Of a DNA stretch of 64,000 nucleotides, positions 40,686-51,319 are shown in pieces. Made by a program: the position numbers and the translations under genes. Location of the stretch: assembly GCA_963667015.2 (NCBI GenBank), contig CAXXJJ010000004.1, forward strand, positions 2,080,001 through 2,144,000, given 5' to 3'. The DNA is from Desulfatiglandales bacterium. GTDB lineage: Bacteria > Desulfobacterota > DSM-4660 > Desulfatiglandales > HGW-15. A model generated the notes under the pieces. The model did no database searches and was not told the origin of the DNA. It saw nothing but the letters and a program-made list of their open reading frames with translations. Every line of letters begins with the position of its first letter. Position 1 is the stretch's first letter.

Positions 40686-40880
40686 ATGGGTAAAGCGTTT
40701 AATGAACATATATATAAAAAAGAGGACATTGAAAAGGCCTACGACATGGGCTGGGAAAGTGCCATTATGATTCTTGAAAAATCCATCGGTATGTCAGTTG
40801 ACGGCCAGAAAGAATTGTTAAGCATGCTGAAAAAAATGCGAAGCGAAAACCGGGTACAGCCTTTATACAGAAAACATTAG
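40686..40880 (+). CDS. small hypothetical protein (64 aa)
   Basis: GAGAGGG RBS; sigma54-like promoter directly upstream. Confidence 0.65.
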   Translation: MGKAFNEHIYKKEDIEKAYDMGWESAIMILEKSIGMSVDGQKELLSMLKKMRSENRVQPLYRKH

Positions 40881-40941
40881 CCCCCGATAAAATTTCTGAA
40901 CATTAAATTAAGAAATCACATCTTAAAAAAATCAAACCCCT

Positions 40942-41655
40942 TCAGGGAATAGATTTTTTTTGCCCGATAGACAGATCATGAAGCGGGATAATAACACATC
41001 CCATTTCTTTTATCTTCTGAATACTGTCATAGGCCTCTGTCAGATCAATATGTACACCGGAAGGTACGGCCGGTCCATTTTTAGGGAAATTTTTTTCGTT
41101 ACAGCAGAAACCGGTAATAATCACCCTGCCCGCTGAGGTATTTACCGAAACAGACTGGCCTCCCGGTGAATGACCGGGGCTGAAGACAACATCGATTCCA
41201 TCAACAATATTTGCATCACCGTCTACCTCTATAACATCCACTCCTTCCAGAACATCAGGATAATACCTGTGATCAACTGGATGAGGGTTGTTGAAAAACT
41301 GCATCTCCCTTTTCTGGACATATACCTTTGCATTGACACATTTATAATCGTTTTCACAGTGATCATTATGCAGGTGTGTATGGATAATAATATCAATGTC
41401 CTCCGGAGCAAGCCCCACGGTTGAGAGGGCCTCTTCAAACTCCATCACCTTGAAGCCGTAAGTCTCTCCCACATGGTCTGGCACCATAAACTGCTCCAGT
41501 CCCGTATCTACAAGAATATTTTTGTCTCCGCCTTTGATATAAAAAACATATATAGGTATCCAGATCCGTTTTCCGTAGTCCCTGAGATAGGTCATTACCC
41601 CCTGATCAGTCTCATTGGCCCCTACAACAAGGGGTATAATAGAATATTCGGTCAA
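40942..41655 (-). CDS. MBL-fold hydrolase, N-acyl homoserine lactonase-like
   Basis: LVDTG, HTHLHNDH, PGHSPG, IPLHD; TTG 41655 follows GGAGGGAG (ATG 41670 is an alternative). Confidence 0.87.
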   Translation of the reverse strand: MTEYSIIPLVVGANETDQGVMTYLRDYGKRIWIPIYVFYIKGGDKNILVDTGLEQFMVPDHVGETYGFKVMEFEEALSTVGLAPEDIDIIIHTHLHNDHCENDYKCVNAKVYVQKREMQFFNNPHPVDHRYYPDVLEGVDVIEVDGDANIVDGIDVVFSPGHSPGGQSVSVNTSAGRVIITGFCCNEKNFPKNGPAVPSGVHIDLTEAYDSIQKIKEMGCVIIPLHDLSIGQKKSIP

Positions 41656-41852
41656 CTCTCCCTCCGACATATGTAATTTATGAGATAAGTGTAAAACTTT
41701 TGGTTGATGTAAAAGAACAAATAAAATAATTATCATTTTTTAGATAGTACATTTGGACAGAAAATACCAATACTTTACAGGTCGATTCATAGAATCTTGA
41801 TATGATCAGCGTTACAGCTCTTAACAGAATAGAAACAGGGTATGAAAAAGCT

Positions 41853-42431
41853 ATGAAAAAATTCATTATTACAGGTAGCCCCCATTCAGGGAAGACAAAA
41901 GTTTTACAGGAACTTGAAAGACATGGCATAGCTGTTTTGCATGAAACCGCAAGATTAATAATCCGGGAAGACCAGGAAAAAATGGCTGCAGACCCGTCTT
42001 TTAATGTTAAGTATCCCTGGGATGATCAGGCAATATTCTGCAGACGCTGCCATGAAAGACAGCTTGAAAGGGAAAAGAATCTCACCGGTGACCTTATCGT
42101 AATGGACAGGTCTATAATTGACAACCTGGCCTATGCAAAAGTGGCAGGAATTAAACTGGATAAGAAGATCTACAGGGATATAGAAAGGGCGGGCTATGAA
42201 AAAAAAGTCTTTTTTATGGAACGGCTTAAAAATTATAAAACCGACGACCAGAGAAAGGACAGTAAAGAGCAGGTTAAGGCAATTCATGATGAATTATACA
42301 AAATATACAGTGACCTTGGATTTAAAATTATCGACATACCACTGTTTTCCGACGATAAAGATACAAACATTATAAAACGTGCTGAAGCGGTCTTACGGCA
42401 TCTCGGAAAAGAAGGGACTCCATTACAATGA
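41853..42431 (+). CDS. P-loop ATPase/kinase (AAA_28/NadR-like)
   Basis: ITGSPHSGKT, ETAR, MDRSIIDNLAY. Confidence 0.8.
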   Translation: MKKFIITGSPHSGKTKVLQELERHGIAVLHETARLIIREDQEKMAADPSFNVKYPWDDQAIFCRRCHERQLEREKNLTGDLIVMDRSIIDNLAYAKVAGIKLDKKIYRDIERAGYEKKVFFMERLKNYKTDDQRKDSKEQVKAIHDELYKIYSDLGFKIIDIPLFSDDKDTNIIKRAEAVLRHLGKEGTPLQ

Positions 42432-43016
42432 AAAGAAAAGATAAAAAACTGATTCCTCTTATAGGGATTATATTGATAGTTGGGTTCTTAACAACAAGTC
42501 TGGCAAGCTATATAACATCAAGGACTTCTCTCAGGCTTGAGATATCCGAAAATCAGCTCCCCCTGACAGGGGATAATATCTACTCGGAAATACAGAGAAG
42601 AGCTGATAAAATCAGGAGAGATATCTTTTTCATATAATAACAGCAAAGAAACTCTGCTTACAAATGCCAGAAAGATTAATGAATTCGGATGGACCCTGAT
42701 TGTTGAGCAGGGTGAGGGGAAGACACTAAGACCCATTTTCAAAACTCTCCTGATAAACATCTCCATATGCCTCGGCATTACCTCTCTTATTTTAGGGCTG
42801 ATTGCATTCCTGATTCATGCCTATCAGAAGAAGATCGACACACTCACAGGAATAGTACCGATATGTTCATACTGCAAGCAGGTTAGAGATGATAAGGGCT
42901 ACTGGAATCAGGTGGAAGAGTATGTCTCAATGCATACGGAAGCGGAATTCAGCCATGGGATATGCCCTGAATGCCTGAAAAAACACTACCCGGAATTTAC
43001 CGACTCTAAAAAATGA
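42428..43016 (+). pseudogene. internally deleted, frameshifted Cache-type membrane sensor with C-terminal Cys-rich domain
   Basis: Frame A: TM + LPLTGDNIYSEIQR; frame B from ~42600: ...EFGWTLIVEQ...TM...GIVPICSYCKQVRDDKGYWNQVEEY...FSHGICPEC* (stop 43014-43016). Confidence 0.8.
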
Positions 43017-43108
43017 TAAAAAAAATCCGCAGGTTAAAAGGCTGCAGGGCCTTTATTCTTTCACATAAAATTCCAGAAAGTTCCAGGACACAAGCCGTCT
43101 GCCTGTGT

Positions 43109-43137
43109 TTGACATTTATCCTGTGCCCCGATATAAA
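43109..43137 (+). promoter_or_regulatory. sigma70-type promoter for moxR-vwa
   Basis: TTGACA-N17-TATAAA. Confidence 0.55.
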
Positions 43138-43229
43138 TACCCGCGATTATGTTTAAAATATTAAAAAAATCTAAAGAGAAAACTCTTCATTCTGCAGAGA
43201 TGAAAATAAATAATAAGAAGGAGTATGGA

Positions 43230-44081
43230 ATGTCTGACAATAACAACCTGGATCAGTTTTCAGGTTCTACCCAGTATGTCCTGGATGATGAGCTGGCAAA
43301 GATTGTAAATATTACAATGGCCCTTGAAATGCCTTTACTGCTGAAAGGCGAACCCGGCACAGGTAAAACAATGCTTGCCCACGCAATATCCCGGTCACTC
43401 AACATGAAGCTCATAGTGCTTAATGTAAAATCAAGCATGAAACTGGTTGAAGCCCTGTACCAGTACGACACCCTTACACGGCTTAATGACAGCAGGTTTG
43501 GGGACTCCACAAGAGATGTAAGCAATATTGAAGAATACATAAAGATGGGAAAAATCGGTCAGGCATTTACCGCCGATGAAAAGGTTGTTCTGCTCATTGA
43601 CGAAATCGACAAGGCGGATACGGATTTCCAGGATGATATGCTTGATGTCCTGGACCAGATGGAGTTCGACATCATGGAGATCGACAAGACAATAAAGGCA
43701 AAAAACCGACCTGTAATAATCATTACATCAAACGCCAAAAAAGATCTTTCAGATCCTTTCCTTGGAAGATGTAATTTTCATCACATAGCATTCCCCGAGC
43801 CCGATATGATGGAAAAGATCATCCATGTGCACTTTCCGGATATAGACAGGGACCTGCTGGAAAACGCCGTTACTGCATTCTACCGTTTAAGGGAAATAAA
43901 CGGCATCGAGAAAAAACCGGCCACCAGGGAGCTGATTAACTGGATAAGGGCGCTTCGCTCCGACCCGGACTTCAGGGTAAAGGATCTTAAAAAGGGTGAC
44001 GCACCCTATCTGGGTATACTGTTTAAAAAGAGCCCTGATTACGCTATGGCCAAAAATGTCAATGAGAGATACAGACGATAA
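43230..44081 (+). CDS. MoxR family AAA+ ATPase
   Basis: LLLKGEPGTGKT, LLIDEIDKAD, IITSN, LGRCNFHHI, ATRELINW; ATG 43230 after AAGGAG. Confidence 0.92.
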   Translation: MSDNNNLDQFSGSTQYVLDDELAKIVNITMALEMPLLLKGEPGTGKTMLAHAISRSLNMKLIVLNVKSSMKLVEALYQYDTLTRLNDSRFGDSTRDVSNIEEYIKMGKIGQAFTADEKVVLLIDEIDKADTDFQDDMLDVLDQMEFDIMEIDKTIKAKNRPVIIITSNAKKDLSDPFLGRCNFHHIAFPEPDMMEKIIHVHFPDIDRDLLENAVTAFYRLREINGIEKKPATRELINWIRALRSDPDFRVKDLKKGDAPYLGILFKKSPDYAMAKNVNERYRR

Positions 44082-44082
44082 A

Positions 44083-44153
44083 TAAGGTATAAGGTATAGG
44101 GTTTACGGTGTGCGGTAAAAGCCTTAAACCTTATACCTCATACCGTATACCGG
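44083..44153. repeat. inverted heptamer repeat array
   Basis: aggtata-aggtata-gggttta-cggtgtg-cgg ... gccttaa-accttat-acctcat-accgtat-accgg. Confidence 0.8.
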
Positions 44154-44223
44154 TTTTTCGAAGCATAAAATGACAGTATATAGACTTAGATTAATAAGAT
44201 ATTTAAGGATCGAGTAACCTAAA

Positions 44224-45423
44224 GTGTTTACGACTTTTTTCTATACATTAAAACAGGTAGGAATACCTGTTTCCCCTACATCCTTTCTCAGGCTTCAGAA
44301 AGCCCTTAGCATGGGGATTATCAATTCGCTTAACGATTTTTATACGGCGGCCCGGGCAATACTTGTGAAGAGTGAAAGATACTTTGATCTGTATGACCAG
44401 GTGTTTGCCCACCATTTTGAGGGTGCCGAACTTGCGGATCCGGATGAGGCGATAATATCCGAAATGGCTAAGGCGCTGCTGGAGGAATGGCTTAAACACC
44501 CTGAGGAGATTGCAGATGCCCTTGGAGTGGATGAATCAAAACTGAAGAAGATGACACCCGAGGAACTGATCAAATATTTTATGGAACGACTCAGGGATCA
44601 GACAGAAGAACACCATGGCGGGAACAAATGGATCGGCACAGGAGGCACATCTCCTGTCGGCCATTCAGGGTATCATCCCGGCGGCATGAGGGTAGGAGGT
44701 ATTTCAAGAAACCAGTCTGCCCTCAAGGTGGCCATGGACAGGCGCTACAGGGATTACTCACAGGAAGGTCCGCTTACACAGGCCCAGATGGGGGAGGCAT
44801 TAAAAAGGCTGAGGAACATGGTTCCGGTAGGCCCGAAGGATGAAATCAATATAGATGAAAGCATCTACCAGACCATGAAAAATGCCGGAGAAATCGAGAT
44901 AGTTTTTGACCGGAGCCTCAAGGACAGGTTAAAGATCATACTCGCCATAGATAACGGCGGCTGGTCAATGGAGCCTTATATCCATCTGGTTCAGACCCTC
45001 TTCTATTACGCAAGGGCACAGTTCAAGGATATTAAGACATTCTTTTTTCATAACACCATTTATGACTATCTATGGGAAGATCCTCCCAGGATGAGAAGGC
45101 CCTTCGCCGTAAATGACCTGACAAAGCTGGATCCGGAAACCCGGTTTATTGTTGTTGGTGACGCCAGCATGGCGCCCTATGAACTGATGGCAACAGACGG
45201 ATCGATTCATATCGAGGAGCGCTCAGGCATGCCGAGTTACAGAAGGCTCCAGTTTATTACCGAGACATTTCAGCACAGCGTGTGGCTGAACCCCAAGATG
45301 GAAGGCCAGTGGCCCTATACTCGCACCATCAGCATGATAAGGGAGATATTCCCCATGTTTGAGCTAACCCTGGACGGGCTTGAAAGTGCGGTAAATTATA
45401 TGATGAGAAAAAACTATGGATAA
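44224..45423 (+). CDS. VWA-domain (CoxE-like) partner of MoxR ATPase
   Basis: HHGGNKWIGTGGTSP, IDNGGWSM (MIDAS-like), FFHN, VGDASMAPYEL, WLNP. Confidence 0.88.
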   Translation: MFTTFFYTLKQVGIPVSPTSFLRLQKALSMGIINSLNDFYTAARAILVKSERYFDLYDQVFAHHFEGAELADPDEAIISEMAKALLEEWLKHPEEIADALGVDESKLKKMTPEELIKYFMERLRDQTEEHHGGNKWIGTGGTSPVGHSGYHPGGMRVGGISRNQSALKVAMDRRYRDYSQEGPLTQAQMGEALKRLRNMVPVGPKDEINIDESIYQTMKNAGEIEIVFDRSLKDRLKIILAIDNGGWSMEPYIHLVQTLFYYARAQFKDIKTFFFHNTIYDYLWEDPPRMRRPFAVNDLTKLDPETRFIVVGDASMAPYELMATDGSIHIEERSGMPSYRRLQFITETFQHSVWLNPKMEGQWPYTRTISMIREIFPMFELTLDGLESAVNYMMRKNYG

Positions 45424-45860
45424 AGCGACTTATCAGACGCAAGGGTCCTGATGAACTTGAGTTTACTTATTTTCCACTCGCCGTTTATTTTTTTATATTC
45501 ACACTCATTCTTTCCCTGAACCCACTGTATCTCAGGTTTCGAGAATAACATATAGATAAGCCATGTCCCCGTTGCCGCATCACCATTTACCATGATATCA
45601 GGTTCTACAGCCATATGGCCGTCAAACCTTTCACTGCCACGTTTTTTAGCAAGTACATCTATGTATATTTCCCTTAACTCGTTTCTGCCCTTTTTAATCC
45701 CCAGGTTACGAATTTCAACAGAGGCATTCTCGGTGAAAAGATCAGGCACTGCTTCATATTCGAGATTATCCATAAGGTTGATATATTTCTGGTGAAGTTT
45801 TTTGATTTCTTCTGCATCTTCCAGTGCCTGTATTCTTTTTTCCAGATCTTCAAGTGACAT
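45414..45860 (-). CDS. SnoaL-like / NTF2 family protein
   Basis: RIQALEDAEEIKKL...Y, LFTENA, GRNEL, EYKKINGEWKI. Confidence 0.85.
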   Translation of the reverse strand: MSLEDLEKRIQALEDAEEIKKLHQKYINLMDNLEYEAVPDLFTENASVEIRNLGIKKGRNELREIYIDVLAKKRGSERFDGHMAVEPDIMVNGDAATGTWLIYMLFSKPEIQWVQGKNECEYKKINGEWKISKLKFIRTLASDKSLYP

Positions 45861-45868
45861 AAAAATCC

Positions 45869-47479
45869 CTATTTAAACTGATCAAAAAAATCATTGCCCT
45901 TGTCATCAACAATAATAAAGGCAGGAAAGTCCTTCACGGTAATCATGAAGATTGCTTCCATTCCAAGCTCCGGGTATTCAAGCACCTCAACATTGGTAAT
46001 GCAGTCCTTACCAAGTCTTGCTGCGGCCCCGCCGATAGAACCAAGATAAAATCCACCATACTTTTTGCAGGCGTCTGTTACTGTCTTTGACCGGTTACCC
46101 TTTGCGAGCATAACCATTGATCCGCCCTGCGCCTGAAAGATCGGGACATAGGAATCCATACGGCCGGCAGTTGTGGGGCCGAATGAACCTGAGGCAAAGC
46201 CTTCGGGTGTCTTGGCCGGTCCTGCATAATATATAATATGGTCTTTAAGATACTGTGGCAGGCCTTCACCATTATCAAGTCTTTCCTTGAGTTTGGCATG
46301 GGCAATATCTCTGCCTACTATTATTTTACCATTAAGTAAAAGCCGGGTTGATACCGGATATTTTGAAAGGGTTGCCCGTATCTCATCCATTGGTCTTTCA
46401 AGGTCAATATGCACAGCATCATCATCTGCACCCGCTGGTTCGGGCAGGTAAACACTCGGATCTTTGACAAGCTTTTCAAGAAAGATACCATCCCCTGTGA
46501 TCTTTGCCTTTATGTTCCTGTGTGCCGAACAGCTTACACCAAGCCCTACCGGGCATGATGCTCCGTGCCTGGGAAGCCTTATTACCCTTGCATCCAGGCA
46601 GAAATACTTACCGCCGAACTGGGCCCCCAGGCCGATTTTTCTTGAACGTTCAAGCAGTTTTTCTTCAAGCTCTGTATCCCTGAACGCCCTTCCACCTGAG
46701 CTGCCGGTTTGAGGAAGATTATCAAGATAGCCTGCAGAGGCGAGCTTTACGGTTTTAAGATTCAGCTCGGGCGAGGTCCCTCCCACAACAAAGGCAACAT
46801 GATATGGCGGGCATGCCGCTGTTCCCAGGGTCTTCATTTTTTCAACCATATAATCAACAAGTACATCAGGATTTAAAACTGCCTTTGTCTCCTGGTAAAG
46901 ATATGTCTTGTTTGAAGACCCGCCTCCCTTCGCTATAAAGAGAAACCTGTAGGCATCTCCCTGTGTTGCATAGATGTCTATCTGGGCAGGAAGGTTGCAC
47001 GCGGTGTTTTTTTCCTCATACATGGTTAATGGAGCGTTCTGCGAATAGCGAAGGTTGTTTTTGGTATATGCATTGAATACGCCCCTTGAAAGGGCCTCTT
47101 CATCGGAATAACCGGTCCAGACCTTCTGCCCCTTTTTGGCGATTACCACTGCAGTACCAGTATCCTGGCACATGGGAAAAACACCTTCGGCAGAAATAAC
47201 CGCGTTTTTTATCATCTCAAGGGCCACATATTTATCATTGTCTGAGGCCTCAGGGTCATTGAGGATTTCCGCAGTCTGCTCAAGATGTGATTTTCTCAGG
47301 AGATGCGCAACATCCCTGAATGCCTCTTCCGCCAGCAGGGTCAGGCCTTCGGGTGCAACTTTTATAACATTCTCGTCCTCGAAAATACCGGTTGAGACAT
47401 AATCCTTTGTGAGAAGACGATATTCGGAAGTATCATCTCCCAGCTGAAACATATCTTCATATAAAAAAGCCGTAGACAT
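45869..47479 (-). CDS. fumarate hydratase class I (Fe-S)
   Basis: [51 protein letters not shown]. Confidence 0.95.
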   Translation of the reverse strand: MSTAFLYEDMFQLGDDTSEYRLLTKDYVSTGIFEDENVIKVAPEGLTLLAEEAFRDVAHLLRKSHLEQTAEILNDPEASDNDKYVALEMIKNAVISAEGVFPMCQDTGTAVVIAKKGQKVWTGYSDEEALSRGVFNAYTKNNLRYSQNAPLTMYEEKNTACNLPAQIDIYATQGDAYRFLFIAKGGGSSNKTYLYQETKAVLNPDVLVDYMVEKMKTLGTAACPPYHVAFVVGGTSPELNLKTVKLASAGYLDNLPQTGSSGGRAFRDTELEEKLLERSRKIGLGAQFGGKYFCLDARVIRLPRHGASCPVGLGVSCSAHRNIKAKITGDGIFLEKLVKDPSVYLPEPAGADDDAVHIDLERPMDEIRATLSKYPVSTRLLLNGKIIVGRDIAHAKLKERLDNGEGLPQYLKDHIIYYAGPAKTPEGFASGSFGPTTAGRMDSYVPIFQAQGGSMVMLAKGNRSKTVTDACKKYGGFYLGSIGGAAARLGKDCITNVEVLEYPELGMEAIFMITVKDFPAFIIVDDKGNDFFDQFK

Positions 47480-47523
47480 TGATAGATCCTGTTATTATGT
47501 TGTTTTTAAAATAAAATTTATAG

Positions 47524-47720
47524 CCACAAAGACACAAAGTCACCAAGAAAAAAACCTAAAACCTTGTCTCTCGCAGAGTCCGCAGAGAGCGCAGAGAAAA
47601 ACAAAAACATTGAAATATAAAAAAAAGCTAAAACTTAAATTTACTACGAAGAGCACAGAGGGCCACGGAGTTAAGGTTTATAAATAAAAATCTCCTAGGT
47701 TCTCAGTGCTCTCTGTGGTT
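47524..47720. repeat. cluster of 9-bp-period short repeats
   Basis: cacaaagac-acaaagtcac; cgcagagtc-cgcagagag-cgcagag; cacagaggg-ccacggag with inverted ctcagtgct-ctctgtgg. Confidence 0.55.
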
Positions 47721-47755
47721 GACGATAACGATGTATGGCATATATAGAAAAACAA

Positions 47756-47794
47756 AAAATCCATCTGGAAATGGTTTTCTTCCGGATGGATTTT
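47756..47794 (-). terminator. intrinsic terminator after mdh
   Basis: AAAATCCATCTGGAA...TTCCGGATGGATTTT hairpin; T-rich tail on minus strand. Confidence 0.7.
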
Positions 47795-47800
47795 ATAATT

Positions 47801-48772
<972 letters not shown>

Positions 48773-50278
48773 CTATTTCAAAGAGACTTTACACACCTGC
48801 TCGATAGCAGCAGCCATGGCCTCATCTTCTGCTCTTATATCGTCAAGGGTTTTGGGTTTAACTGTATCAGGTCTTTCCTCAATACCATATTTCCACTTCA
48901 GGTACTGTTCGCCTGTTGTGGGATAAAGGGCATAGATAAGAAGATCAAAATCATCCTTTGCCAGATCTCCTATCTTCGCCTTGGCTGCTTCCAGTTCAGG
49001 CTCAAGATGATTTGCAACCCTGTCTTCAATTACACCGTCAGGCCTGCGTTTCTTATTTCTCTTGGAGGCTATCTCCACGATCTCCGGGCTGACCGGGATT
49101 GGAGTTTTTCCGTAATATCCCATTGCCAGGTCCATGGACTCATAGTTCATTATCTTCCAGCGTCCCTGGAGCACGTTAAGCACCGCCTGTGTACCGACAA
49201 TCTGGCTGGTAGGTGTTACAAGCGGAGGCATTCCTAGCTCTTTACGTGCTTCGGCGACTTCTTTGTATACCTCTGGAAGCCTGTCAAGGGCGTTAGCCGT
49301 CTTGAGCTGGCTTACCAGGTTGGATATCATTCCGCCTGGTACCTGGTGCTTGAGAACACCTGTGTCAATTACGGACATTTTATGCTTGGCAAGGTAATCC
49401 CTGTATTTTGGTGCTACCGACTCCATATGCTCACCAAGTTCAAGCAGGGTATCGAGATCAAAACCCGGATCTCTTGTTGTGCCGAAAAGTGTGGCAACTA
49501 TAGGTTCAACTGCCGGCTGTGAGGTCCTGAGTGCAAATGGAGCAAGACATGTATCAATAATGTCAACACCGGCCTTTATTGCCTCAAGATATATCATCGA
49601 GGCCATACCGCTGGTATAATGGGTATGCAGGTGTATCGGGATTGTAATAATCTTCTTAAGCTCGGTTATAAGCTTGGCAATATCAAAGGGGGCCATGATG
49701 CCGGCCATATCCTTCAGGCATAGTGTATCAGCGCCCATGTCCTGAAGTTCCTTTGCCTTTTTCAGGTAATAATCGATATTAAAAACTTCACCGCCCATGC
49801 GCCTTTCAGTAAGGCTGTAGCATATTGTTCCCTGAAAATGCTTTCCGTTTGCCTTGATTCTTTCAACAACCGTGTCAAAATTTCTAAAATCATTAAGGGC
49901 ATCAAATACCCTGAACACATCCATTCCGGCTTCACATGACTTGTCTACAAAAAGCTTTGCAACATCATCGGCATAGTTCCTGTATCCGACAAGGTTCTGC
50001 CCTCTCAGCAGCATGGAAAATGGTGTCTTTTTGATATATTTTTTGAGGGTCTTAATGCGGTCAAAGGGGTCTTCACCCAGGAATCGATGCATTGTATCAA
50101 ATGTAGCACCGCCCCAGACCTCCATTGCCCAGAAACCCACTTCGTCCATTTTTTCTGCTATTGGAAGCATATCTTCGGTCCTCATCCTGGTTGCCAGGAG
50201 GGACTGATGTCCGTCTCTAAACGTATTATCCTGTATCTTAATTGGATTTTTTGGTCCGTCTTCAAGAAAATTACCCAT
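48773..50278 (-). CDS. pyruvate/oxaloacetate carboxyltransferase (pyruvate carboxylase B / OadA / transcarboxylase 5S-like), no biotin-carrier domain
   Basis: FRDGHQSLLATR, EVWGGATFD, MLLRGQNLVGY, KDMAG, HTHYTSG, PPLVTPTSQIVG; no AMKM motif. Confidence 0.9.
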   Translation of the reverse strand: MGNFLEDGPKNPIKIQDNTFRDGHQSLLATRMRTEDMLPIAEKMDEVGFWAMEVWGGATFDTMHRFLGEDPFDRIKTLKKYIKKTPFSMLLRGQNLVGYRNYADDVAKLFVDKSCEAGMDVFRVFDALNDFRNFDTVVERIKANGKHFQGTICYSLTERRMGGEVFNIDYYLKKAKELQDMGADTLCLKDMAGIMAPFDIAKLITELKKIITIPIHLHTHYTSGMASMIYLEAIKAGVDIIDTCLAPFALRTSQPAVEPIVATLFGTTRDPGFDLDTLLELGEHMESVAPKYRDYLAKHKMSVIDTGVLKHQVPGGMISNLVSQLKTANALDRLPEVYKEVAEARKELGMPPLVTPTSQIVGTQAVLNVLQGRWKIMNYESMDLAMGYYGKTPIPVSPEIVEIASKRNKKRRPDGVIEDRVANHLEPELEAAKAKIGDLAKDDFDLLIYALYPTTGEQYLKWKYGIEERPDTVKPKTLDDIRAEDEAMAAAIEQVCKVSLK

Positions 50279-51319
50279 AATTTTTCTCTCTTTCTTAAAT
50301 GATTGAATTTCATGCAAAATTCATGATAGTTAACGAAAATAGCCCGGCACAGATAAGAGAGATAGAATTGCCGGGGGCCTCCAATCAATATTGTAAAACA
50401 TGCCGCCGGATTGATGATACCCTGAGACGATATCACCGGCAACGAGATATAGTCGGTTCTTCTGTCTGACCGAAAACTATTTTTATACCTAGAAATTAAA
50501 TGTGAGTCAACATCTTGTCAATTAAGATTACCCCATTATTTTCACACAAGGGGCCTTCATTAAGGCTTTCAGAAAAAGGGCTTAATGAAAAAAACTTCAC
50601 ACGGAGCTGAAACAGTATTCAAAAATCTTCCTCTCTGCATATTTTTTGATCTGTACAAAAAAGAGGTAGCATAAAGGATCAGCCATACTATTTCTGCTGG
50701 CAAAACAAGGATTGACTTAATCCATCAGTTAAACTATATTTTTTCATAACGTATTTAAAAATGGGATTATTTTTAATTCGGAAAAAATACAGGCAGGGCT
50801 TTAGCCTGACCTGTTCAATTAATATATTTTAAGAAGCATATAATTTTTAGACTTTAAAGTATTAATAATTTAACAATTTTTAACTTAAGTTAATACAGGT
50901 ATAATTGTTTTACAATTAATTAAAATGAATTATTTATAACTTTAGTTTTTTATGCTCTCCAGGATACTTTGTGGACGTTAAGGTTATTACATTTTTAATA
51001 ATTTAATAAATATTATAGAAAATATAATATAATTATATATCTTATTTATCCGCTTATCCATTATATCAGGATCATTAACGGCTTTTCCGACCCGAGAATA
51101 AAATCCCGCTAAAACAGATTGAGTTTTCTTACATTCAGAGATAAATGTCTTTGAATATAAGCCAGTTAGCCTTCTTCTTTAAGTTTTGAGCTTTGAGCAA
51201 AAGGCTTTATCTCTCAATTATATGATCCTGAGTAAGCAATTATTCTTCTCAAGTATTTCTCCTGAAATATTGAGCAGTTTAAAGATCTTCTGGAGAGCTC
51301 CTTATAGGGAGTTTTAAAA

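Noticed and set aside
50480..51319. Hidden gene in the long AT-rich spacer before the MFS gene
   Set aside because: No credible ORF or RNA motif found by eye; only small hairpins.
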